Below are positions 12,364 through 22,222 of a stretch of 64,000 nt of DNA, piece after piece. The notes below the pieces were generated by a model that was given only the letters and a program-made list of their open reading frames with translations, made no database searches and had not been told where the DNA came from. Source of the stretch: Macrostomum lignano (lineage: Eukaryota); NCBI GenBank assembly GCA_002269645.1, contig NIVC01001287.1:1-64000 (forward strand), written 5' to 3'. The position numbers and the translations under genes are program-made. Within the stretch, counting starts at the first letter, position 1. Every line of letters begins with the position of its first letter.

Positions 12364-12830
12364 CAGGGTTCGGCAAACTTTTCACCTCAACGACCAGATA
12401 GGGAAACTAGCGCATGGCTTCGGGCCAGAGGAAAGGAGAGAGTAAAGGGAATAGAGAGGAGAAAGGAGATGTTAATGAATGAATGAATGAAGGGAGAGAA
12501 GAGATTTAAAAAGAAGAGAGAGGAGAGGAGACGAGAGAAGAGGAGGTGAGGGAGAAGGGAGAAGAAAGGAGAGGAGAGGAGAGAAGGGAGAGAAGGGAGA
12601 GGAAAAGGGAGATGAGAGGAGAGAGGAAAGGAGAGGAGAGGAAAAAAGAGATGAGAGGAGATGAGATGAGAGGAGAGGAGATGACAGGAGAGATAAGAAG
12701 AGAGGTGAGAGAAGAGAGCTGAGAAGAGACACAAACCTTGAGCAGGCCAGATTTCCAATGTGAAGTTTCAAAGGACCCGAGGGCCGGATAGAGGCTTTGC
12801 GGGTCTGTTTGCCTTTCGCTATAAACAACG
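12364..12830. mobile_element. hAT-like MITE with GA-rich low-complexity core
   Basis: Starts CAGGGTTCGGCAAACTTTT..CGGGCCAGA; GA-rich middle; right subterminal block (12765-12800) is the reverse complement of the 55590-55630 block; ends with degenerate GTTTGCC. Confidence 0.5.
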
Positions 12831-12870
12831 GCTTACAAATATTAGTAGAAAAACAGTCCAGTCATTGAGT

Positions 12871-14668
12871 TTAGATATCGGTCATCAATCTAGACCGGCT
12901 ACTGTCCACTTTGTCAACAATTAAATCGCGAATTGCTTGCGTTCTGGCCGAATCAATCGATACGTATTTTAAAACGTCCGATGAATCTTCGGCTAGCGGT
13001 TCGTCTCTGACAGCGGCTGCTGCAGCTGAGGTGGCGCCAACAGCGGCCCTAGAGCTGCTGCTATCTAGATACTGAAGCGAGTCCTGCATCACCTGAGACC
13101 AGTCAATCTGCGCATACCTACCCGAACTAACATGGTTAGTTGGAGATGGCAGATTCTGATAAAGTGCTTGGCTAGTAGCATCTGTCAGCGTTTCAGCCGT
13201 GTCGCTAACGCCGTCAGAGTAACCGACGTACAAGTCGAATGTACTCTGACGCTGCAGGTCCGGCGCGGACACTGGCAGAACGTATTCGTCTGCGATGACA
13301 GCGGGGAGGCCGACTGCTGCTGCTGCTGCACTGTGACGGCCTGACGGAGTCGCTGAACTGCCGGCTGATGTGCCAGATGTAGAAGCACGTCTGCTGCCTG
13401 CGAAAATTTTTGAGTCATTTTTTGAGACCGTTTTTAAGCGCTGGAATGACACTGCCATTTAGTCTCTACAATACTCTTTACACACTATACTGAACCTCTT
13501 TGATGCACAGATGTTGCGACAGTCTACAGACTCAATGTTTACAGGTTACTCAAAATGTGACAATGGCAACACGTCTTTTTTTTAAATCCTAAGATTTACG
13601 AATTATAGAAAATGTGCAACTTAAAAGCCTTAGAGAGGGGGTTGCAGCCTAGTGGTCAGAGCGCCGGATTCACGACTTGAAGGTCGGGGGTTCGATTCCC
13701 GATCCTATTGGAACAATTTGTGTCCTTGTCATTGAGCAAGACTCTTAACTCTGCATTGCTTCAGTTCACTCAGCTGTAAAATGGGTGCCAGCATTGGCTG
13801 AGGTAATGAGGGTGTGTGTGGCGACCTCCCCCCAGTCTCTGGACAGAACAGCCGTACGCAGCCTGTCGGTTGCACATCTGGCCCGATTGGGGCAGGTGTA
13901 ATCAATTATTATTATCATTATTAGTTCAACAGGCAAACAATAACAGATAAAAAACTAACTAGGCATCATCAGTAAATAGCCGTCCAAATCCTCTGCAGTC
14001 TCATCATTGCCATTTTGTCTGTTGCTGCTGCTCCGCCGTCGACGCGTTGTCGAATTACCGACATCGGCCAGACTAGCTGATGCAAGAGTTGTCGTCAGAG
14101 TCTCAAAACTCGAAGCAGAGATGCTGGTCAGTCGATCTTGCGCAACCGACGATGTCGGAGCCGGCGTAGGCGGCAGCGGCAATGTCGGCGAGACCTGTTG
14201 TCGCTGTGTCTGCGTCGGCGTCATAATCGGTGCTGAAAGTCTGTCCGGTCGGTAAGACGACGACGACTGCGAGTTAGAAGACGACGGAAAGGACACCTCG
14301 GTGGACAGTCGATGAGCTCTACCAATGAAGCTGGACGAGATGAGGCTGCTGGATAGAGTTTTACTGCAGCGTAAAGTCATTTTACCTTCACCAAAGCAGC
14401 TGGACCGGCCCAGACTAATAATAATAACTCTACCCAGCTGGTTGAGTGCTCGAATATGAAAGTAACTGATCTCGCACACTCGAATGCTATCGTGACGGCC
14501 AACTAAGTCCATTTTCTCTGGATGTAAGCGCAATAAGTATTTGTTAGTTCGGCGTAGTAAAGCAGTAGTTAGCGGACTGGGAGGCAGTTCTAACACTTTC
14601 ACTTTGTAGCCGCGCATGTCCATTATGGACGGGTGAAGCATACTCAGGTGAGAGCTTTTCTGGCCCAT
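12871..14668 (-). CDS. FRS2/IRS-family docking adaptor (N-myristoylation motif, IRS-type PTB domain, Tyr motifs), ~411 aa
   Basis: Exons 13960-14668 and 12871-13397 (phase-1 intron GTTAGT..TTTTCGCAG; 1236 nt in frame). MGQKSS start; PTB-like YFHIRALNQLGRVIIISLGRSSCFGEGKMTLRC; motifs YLLM, YQNL, YAQID, YVSIDSARTQAIRDL (compare FRS2 YAVIDIERTAAMSNL). Confidence 0.75.
13637..13925 (+). mobile_element. tRNA-derived SINE with CORE (MIR-like) domain
   Basis: A box TAGTGGT and B box GGTTCGATTCC, followed by TTGAGCAAGACTCTTAACTCTG..GCTTCAGTTCACTCAGCTGTAAAATGGG; (ATT)n-like tail; lies in the intron of the adaptor gene. Confidence 0.8.
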
Positions 14669-14757
14669 GCTAATTGCTTTGCCTCGGGGCTGCGGGTGTC
14701 AGCAAAGGTGGTTAGCAAAACTGATTTCTTTAAAAATCCTACTGAACACTTACTGAA

Positions 14758-15722
14758 AAACCGGAAGTGACTCTGATCGAAGAGACTATAGCACTGATTG
14801 AAAAAAACCGGAAGTGACTCTTATTGAACACACTATGGCACTGATTGACAGACCGGAAGTGACTCTTATTGAACAGACTATGGCACTGATTGACACCGGA
14901 AGTGACTCTTATTGAACACACTATGGCACTGATTGACAGACCGGAAGTGACTCTTATTGAACAGACTATGGCACTGATTGACACCGGAAGTGACTCTTAT
15001 TGAACACACTATGGCACTGATTGACACACCGGAAGTGACTCTTATCGAATAGACTATAGCACTGATTGACACACCGGAAGTGACTCTTATTGAAGAGACT
15101 ATAGCACTGATTGACACACCGGAAGTGACTCTTATCGAAGAGACTATAGCACTGATTGACACACCGGAAGTGACTCTTATTGAAGAGACTATAGCACGGA
15201 TTGACACACCCCGGAAGTGACTCTTATTGAAGAGACTATAGCACTGATTGACACACCGGAAGTGACTCTTATTGAAGAGACTATAGCACTGATTGACACA
15301 CCGGAAGTGACTCTTATTGAAGAGACTATAGCACTGATTGACACACCGGAAGTGACTCTTATCGAAGAGACTATAGCACTGATTGACACACCGGAAGTGA
15401 CTCTTATTGAAGAGACTATAGCACTGATTGACACACCCCGGAAGTGACTCTTATTGAAGAGACTATAGCACTGATTGACACACCGGAAGTGACTCTTATC
15501 GAAGACACTATAGCACTGATTGACACACCGGAAGTGACTCTTATTGAAGAGACTATAGCACTGATTGACACACCGGAAGTGACTCTTATTGAAGAGACTA
15601 TAGCACTGATTGACACACCCCGGAAGTGACTCTTATCGAAGACACTATAGCACTGATTCAAGCACCGGAAGTGATGACTCAACGAAAACAGCTCTTGCAG
15701 TGATTAAAGCACCGGAAGTGTA
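14758..15722. repeat. 45-bp tandem array (CCGGAAGTGACTCTTATTGAAGAGACTATAGCACTGATTGACACA), ~21 copies
   Basis: Near-identical head-to-tail units with no spacers. Confidence 0.95.
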
Positions 15723-15904
15723 AATTTGATTACTACAAAACAAAAAAATAACATCCAAACAGATAGAATTCCAAAAAGCGATTCACAAAATATATTTCAC
15801 TGCTAGTGCAGTTTAAACAAGCAGTTTGCCTAAACAATAACTCGCATTGCAAAGCCTATTAAAAGGTCAAAGTCAATCTAAATATGAAAGTAATTTCCTT
15901 CGCT

Positions 15905-18295
15905 TCAACAAGTAGCCGGTCGATAGTTCAGCTTAGGAAACTGTCGCTTATACAAATCCACCAGAACCGTATCCATATTGGTCACCGGGCCATCGAAGCG
16001 ACACTTGCACAGACCGTGAGTACCCACCGGTTCCTGAATCTTACCGCGCCTACCATGCTTTGTCCTCAGATTAGCCGCATCTCGATAGTACAACGCATCC
16101 TCAGGATTAAAGAATAGATACCGAATCACAGCTGAGCGTTTGTGAATTTTGAACGGCTGACCGGACAAAATGACGCGTTTCAATACCACCCTAGCCGGGT
16201 CGCAGGACTCCAGACTGCCGCTAAACAGCAGCCGATCCTGTTGCTGACAATCAGGCGACATCGCTATGACAGGAGCTGGCGTGAATGTTAATGGAGCATA
16301 GAACGAAGCAGTGGCGTGCTCTCCAGGTAGCAGGTGTCTCAGGCAAAGCTTCACCGAGGATGCTTTACCAGCTCCAACAATACTGCTGTTGCTGTTGTTG
16401 TCAGACTCGCTCAACACCGGACCAGAATAGAACCGACGCCAGCCAACCTGCCACAGCAGCGGCCGGTTGCGATCCGCAGCCAGCGGCTGTTCACGCGACG
16501 GATTTAAACGGACTGAGCAGTTGAGCAGGCTCAGCCGGTTCTCGTGCTCAAGCATGCGGTACCAGACTAGGGCTGGAGCGGCTGAGCTGGGCATGCTCTG
16601 AGGGGACTGCGGGATGGCGGAGGAATGGGGTAATAAACACAATTAAAGTCTTTGTGTAAATACTCGTAGACAAGCAACCAGATTCATCTGAACTTTAGAC
16701 TTTGGGAGAGTGCAGTCTTTGTACAGGAATAAACTAGGGAGTGTACAGTCACTGCATAGGAAAAAACGAGGAGTATACAGTAACTGTACAGGAATTAACT
16801 AGGAGTGTACAGACACTGTATAGGAATAAACTAAGAGTGTACAGACACTGTACAGGAATAAACTAGTAGTGTACAGACACTGTACAGGAATAAACTAAGA
16901 GTGTACAGACACTGTACAGGAATAAACTAAGAGTGTACAGACACTGTACAGGAACAAACTAGGGAGTGTACAGTCACTGTACAGAAACTGATTAAAACTT
17001 ATGGCATGGGACCTATACAACATTAGAAATGCGTATAACTCACCTCAGCAGTCACAGGCTCAAGCTGCAAATCTGCTCTCCTACCAACCGTCAGCTCAGA
17101 AGCAGTCGCCTTCGTCTGTTTAACCATCCGATTTCTGGCGTGAACGAAATTAGAAAATCGAACCAGATTAGCGTAGGCGTCTGGCAAATCTGTCCACGGA
17201 TCCCAGCTGGCCGACTCGTTCAACAGGCGATATTTTGAGAATCTCTCGCGAGCTGGGACATCCTTGGGGGTGTCCACTTCGTCTGGGAATTCTAATTGCG
17301 AAGGCGGGACAGCCGCTTCTTCTTGTTCATTGCCTGACTGGGTCTGGTCGAATTTTACCTGCTTGTTAGGATTGGAAGCAGAAGACTTGGTTGCGCTGTG
17401 AAAGATGGCGGCATCTTCCATGGTGACTTCTTGAGTAACAGGCAGCTCAACGGGGTCTTCGGATGCCTCCATCATGTCCACGTCCTAAAATGAACGATTC
17501 TGATCGTCTGAGAGCGATTCTGAGCCTGGGGGCGATTCTGAGAGTCTGTTGGCGATTCTGAGAGTCTGGGCGATTCTGAGTATGGGGGCGATTCTGAGAG
17601 TCTGAGGGCGATTCTGAGTCTGTTGGCGATTCTGAGAGTCTGAGGGCGATTCTGAGAGTCTGTTGGCGATTCTGAGAGTCTGGGCGATTCTGAGTATGGG
17701 GGCGATTCTGAAACTCTGAAAGCGATTCTGTGAGTCTGAGAAGGATTCTGAGCCGGTGGGTGATTCTGAGAGTCTGGGGCGATTCTGAGAGCGATTTTAA
17801 GAGTATAAGAGTCTAAGAGTAATTTTGAAAAATTAGAAAGATTTTTTAAGGGTATCATACAATTATCACGACATCAACTTTCAAGATGAGCTAGAAAATT
17901 GTACTTTTATTATTTACCTTGTCATCTTCATTAGTCAGCTCTGTCCAACCAGTCAGTCGATAATCGCCCCAGCCAACCAGGTGCAACAGGTCGCCAGTGC
18001 TTAGGCCGACTGGCCCAGGGCCTCGGATGTGAGTGACCATGCGGAGCTGCTGCTGCTGCGGCAGCTGAGTGACCTGAAAATATAGTTGGGCCAGCTTTCT
18101 GCAACTAATGTTATGTACTTTCATGCAGGCCTGAATTAAGCCCCGCCCCAGTGTCTGTCCGTTCATATGTCTCTGGGTATGTCTGTTTATCTGTCTCAGT
18201 TTCTGTCTGTCCATCCGCCTTAGTGTTTGTCTGTCTGTCTGTCTGTCTGTCCATCCGCCTTAGTGTTTGTCTGTCTGTCTGTCCATCTGTCTCAG

Positions 18296-18340
<45 letters not shown>

Positions 18341-20273
18341 GCCTGTCTGTCTGTCTGTCTGTCTGTTCATATGCCTCTGGGTATGTCTGTTTATCTGTCT
18401 CAGTTTCTGTCTGTCCATCTGTCTGTGTCTGCCTGTTCATTTGTCTCAGTGTCTGTCCATCTGTCTCAGTTCCTATCTGTCCATCTGTATGTCTGTCTGT
18501 ATGTCCACATGTCTCAGTGTCTGTCTATCCGCCTGTCCATGAGCACAGACACCCACCTGCTCAGCCAGTCCATAGCAGCGGGCTTTCGCAAATGCCGGAC
18601 ATCCGGTTTTATTAGCGGCAGTGCTGGCAGCTTTAGCCGGATGAGTCACCAACCTCCGGCTGGAAATGCGTCGCAAAAGAGCGCCCAAATCTTGGCTGTC
18701 TCGAACAGTCAGAAAGCCGCAGTCGGCAGGCAAACCGAATCCGTGCTGCTCCAAATCGGCTCTGGCCGCCTTCTCCCAGGCCTTGCGATCGCGTTGAGTG
18801 TCAGCGGCAGTGAGCACTGCCGCGTACAGCTGGGTAGGCAGACCCTGGGCAAACAGGCTGGACAATACCCGTTGGAATTGTTCGGTAAATTCTGAACCGG
18901 CTTGAAATGTCAGCACTAGAGAATCGGACACTTTGGCCAGGTCCAGGCATTCCAATAGGGAGGCGGGCGATTCTGAAAGAGAGAGAATAAAAAAGAGAAA
19001 GATTTAGGGTGAGATAGGAATGAGATTAAGGGTGATATAGGAATGAGATTTAGGGTGAGATAGGGATGAGATTTAGGGTGAGATAGGATTGAGATTTAGG
19101 GTGAGACAGGGATGAGATAGGATTGAGATTTAGGGTGAGATAGGATTGATATTTAGGGTGAGATAGGGATGAGATTTAGGGTGAGATAGGATTGAGATTC
19201 AGGGTGAGATAGGAATAAGATTCAGGGTGAGATAGGGATGAGATTCAGAGTGAGATAGCAATGAGATTCAGAGTGAGATAGGGATGAGATTCAGAGTGAG
19301 ATAGCATGAGATTCAGAGTGAGATAGCAATGAAATTCAAAGTGAGATAGCAATGAGATTCAGAGTGAGGTAGCAATGAAATTCAGTATGAGTTAAGAATG
19401 AGATTCAGTATGAGTTAAGAATTAGATTCAGTATGAGTTAAGAATGAGATTCAGTGTGAGATAGGAATGAGATTTAGGGTAAGATAGGATTGAGATTCAG
19501 GGTGAGATAGGAATGAGATTTAGGGTTAGATAAGAATGAGATTCAGGGTGAGATAGGAATGAGATTTAGGATAAGATAGGATTGAGATTCAGGGTGAGAA
19601 AGGAATGAGATTCAGGGTGAGATAGGAATGAGATTCAGGGTGAGATAGGATGGAGATTCAGGGTGAGATAGGAATGCGATTTAGGGTGAGATAGAATTGA
19701 GATTCACGGCGAGATAGGATGAGGTTTCATTCCTAATTCCATTCCCAAAAAACACTCCCCAACCGTCTCACCAGTGGGTCTAACGAATCGAAATTGAAAT
19801 CCAGGCACGCCAGGCAGACCCGAGGCCCCCTGCTGGGCCATGGCCTGCAACAGTCGGCATGGCAGGTCAGAGTCAGCACAGACAAAGGTCACTAGGATTG
19901 GCGGCACCAAGCCTACACCTAGAGCGGCGTTAGACAATTTCCTAGCTTTGCCAACAGAAGAATTTTTTGTCGATGATTTCTTTAACTCTCGCAACTGCTC
20001 AACCGTTTTTCCAACAGCTTTGGCTATTGAAGCTTCTCTAATTAATTTTAGCCGGTTTCTTTGTTCAGATTTTGGCAAATTTCGCAAACGAGCAGCTTTA
20101 GCGGCGCTATTATTCGAATTCGAAGTCGATGTCGTCTTTGAGACCCGACCGCCGCCGGCTACAAGTCGTTTTAAGCCTCGATTAGACTTATGTCGGCCGG
20201 ATTTATGAGCTTTGTTGACGGTTTTAAAAGCGCCAGGCTTGTGCCGGCTTGCTGCTTTGCTGTTTGGGCGCAT
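15905..20273 (-). CDS. TSR1: Pre-rRNA-processing protein TSR1 homolog (~738 aa)
   Basis: Exons 19772-20273, 18557-18972, 17918-18073, 17044-17484, 15905-16606 (2217 nt, in frame). Motifs [107 protein letters not shown]. Confidence 0.95.
16700..16985. repeat. 32-bp intronic tandem repeat with internal palindrome (GAGTGTACAGACACTGTACAGGAATAAACTAA)
   Basis: Visible units in TSR1 intron 4. Confidence 0.9.
17500..17800. repeat. Intronic minisatellite (GGGCGATTCTGAGAGTCTG)
   Basis: Visible units in TSR1 intron 3. Confidence 0.9.
18150..18540. repeat. (CTGT)n-rich microsatellite
   Basis: Visible in TSR1 intron 2. Confidence 0.9.
19000..19705. repeat. ~23-bp intronic tandem repeat (GAGATTTAGGGTGAGATAGGAAT)
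   Basis: Visible units in TSR1 intron 1. Confidence 0.9.
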
Positions 20274-20369
20274 TCTGCTTTAGCGAGAAATTGATGGCGT
20301 TATTTCAAGCAGAAGGATTAAGGATTTGGATGGATTTATAGATACTGTGAAAGGAGTGATAGACACGAT

Positions 20370-21030
20370 GTACTCAGTCCTACAGGTGTGCTAAACCCTA
20401 GATACTCAGTCCTACAGGTGTGCTAAATCCTAGATACTCAGCCCTACAGGTGTGCTAGACCCTAGATACTCAGTCCTACAGGTGTGCTAGACCCCTAGAT
20501 ACTCAGTCCTACAGGTGTGCTACACCCTAAATACTCAGTCCTACAGGTGTGCTAGACCCTTAGATACTCAGTCCTACAGGTGTGCTAAACCTTGGATACT
20601 CAGTCCTACAGGTGTGCTAAACCCTAGATACTCAGTCCTACAGGTGTGCTAAACCCTAGATACTCAGTCCTACAGGTGTGCTAAACCCTAGATACTCAGT
20701 CCTACAGGTGTGCTAAACCCTAGATACTCAGTCCTACAGGTGTGCTAAACCCTAGATACTCAGTCCTACAGGTGTGCTAAACCCTAGATACTCAGTTCTA
20801 CAGGTGTGCTAAACCCTAGATACTCAGTCCTACAGGTGTGCTAAACCCTAGATACTCAGTCCTACAGGTGTGCTAAACCTTGGATACTCAGTCCTACAGG
20901 TGTGCTAAACCCTAGATACTCAGTCCTACAGGTGTGCTAAACCCTAGATACTCAGTCCTACAGGTGTGCTAAACCCTAGATACTCAGTCCTACAGGTGTG
21001 CTAAACCCTAGATACTCAGTCCTACAAGTA
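20370..21030. repeat. 32-bp tandem array (TACTCAGTCCTACAGGTGTGCTAAACCCTAGA), ~20 copies
   Basis: Near-identical units between the TSR1 start and the MRPS18A stop. Confidence 0.95.
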
Positions 21031-21556
21031 ACATCTATGCCCCGGAATACCTGACTTGAAAGTCCAACTTTCGATAATGTTTTTGGTATTATAAACAAAT
21101 CCAACATACTACTTTCAGCACTGTTGTTTCGCTGAAATATAAGCACAGTTGATGAGAATCTTAGTTAATTGGAGACTTTGAAACCTATTTAAACCCGTTA
21201 AAAACTGCGCAATTAGGGGCTAGATGGGGGGGAGCAGGTTAACCTACAATATTCAACCGTATTGCTAGTGTTGGCACAGATTAATTTAACTTCGCCATAC
21301 TAGTAATGTAAACAAAAAGCACAGGGTTATTTAAAACTGCGAAAAATAAAGTCACTAACTCTCAGTGCGCACCAGCTTTGCCAACTAGATTAATGATATC
21401 AACACACAAGTAAAGAAAGTTAAATACGGCAACAACTTTCACAAACGAACTAACTGATGCTATACCGTTATTATAGTTATTATTTTGCAAAAATCTACAA
21501 AACCAACAAATGAAGGTGACAGTCTTAAAAAAGCAATTCTAGACAGGATTAAATTA

Positions 21557-22048
21557 TTAGTCATCCGGTGGGCTATACTGCCAACTAGCCTTCTTAGCAG
21601 TTGGTAGGCCAATAATTTTCGAATTGTAGTACACATTGAACTGGTCTCTGGGCTGTTCAATGTAAACATGCTGACCATCTGGACCGATCTCCAATGGCAT
21701 CAGGCCGGCATTTCGAGCTCGTTCAATCAGCATCTCAATGTGATACTGAGCTTTCAAACTCAAACCAGTAGCCTCTTTAGGCAGGATAGAACCATCGGGT
21801 CGGAGAAATTGTGCCAACACTTTCACATCGGTGTAGTCCAGGTTAATACCAGCTTGGGAGAGTTTAGTAACTGGGCAGGTCTCCTGCGGGTGGCCAATGC
21901 TGTCAAAATTCAACTTGGGCGATGAAGGCTTCGATTTTGAATCGCAGTCGACTAATTCTACAACTGTAGTTGTTGGGCCGTCCTTTGTGAATCGGAGCTG
22001 TTTCAGGCCTCGGCTGGCCTGACCAAATAAGACTGGTAGGCGATGCAT
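21557..22048 (-). CDS. MRPS18A: Mitochondrial ribosomal protein S18 family, most like MRPS18A/mL66
   Basis: Single 163-aa ORF; CPVTKL..LDYTDVKVLAQFLRPDGSILPKEATGL..ARNAGLMP matches the S18 core (compare [31 protein letters not shown]). Confidence 0.85.
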   Translation of the reverse strand: MHRLPVLFGQASRGLKQLRFTKDGPTTTVVELVDCDSKSKPSSPKLNFDSIGHPQETCPVTKLSQAGINLDYTDVKVLAQFLRPDGSILPKEATGLSLKAQYHIEMLIERARNAGLMPLEIGPDGQHVYIEQPRDQFNVYYNSKIIGLPTAKKASWQYSPPDD

Positions 22049-22145
22049 GAATGTGTTGGATGAGACTGTTGGAAAAGGTTTTTTAGATATTGAACTAGAT
22101 ATAAAGAAAATTTATATATATATTATATATATATAAAGTGGGGAT

Positions 22146-22222
22146 GGGGCTGTAGCCTAGTGGCTAGTCAGACTCACAACTTGAAGGTCGGGGGTTCGAT
22201 TATTGACCCAATTGGAACCCTT
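22146..22222 (+). mobile_element. Truncated copy (tRNA head only) of the SINE at 13637
   Basis: GGGGCTGTAGCCTAGTGG..GACTCACAACTTGAAGGTCGGGGGTTCGATT..TCATTGAGCA matches the 13637 head. Confidence 0.65.

Noticed and set aside
13637-13715. tRNA gene (also 22146 and 44050)
   Set aside because: No complete cloverleaf or acceptor stem; the sequence continues into a SINE body
14758-15722. CRISPR-like regular repeats (also 20370-21030, 16700-16985, 40940-41775)
   Set aside because: Units are contiguous with no unique spacers, there are no cas genes, and the context is eukaryotic
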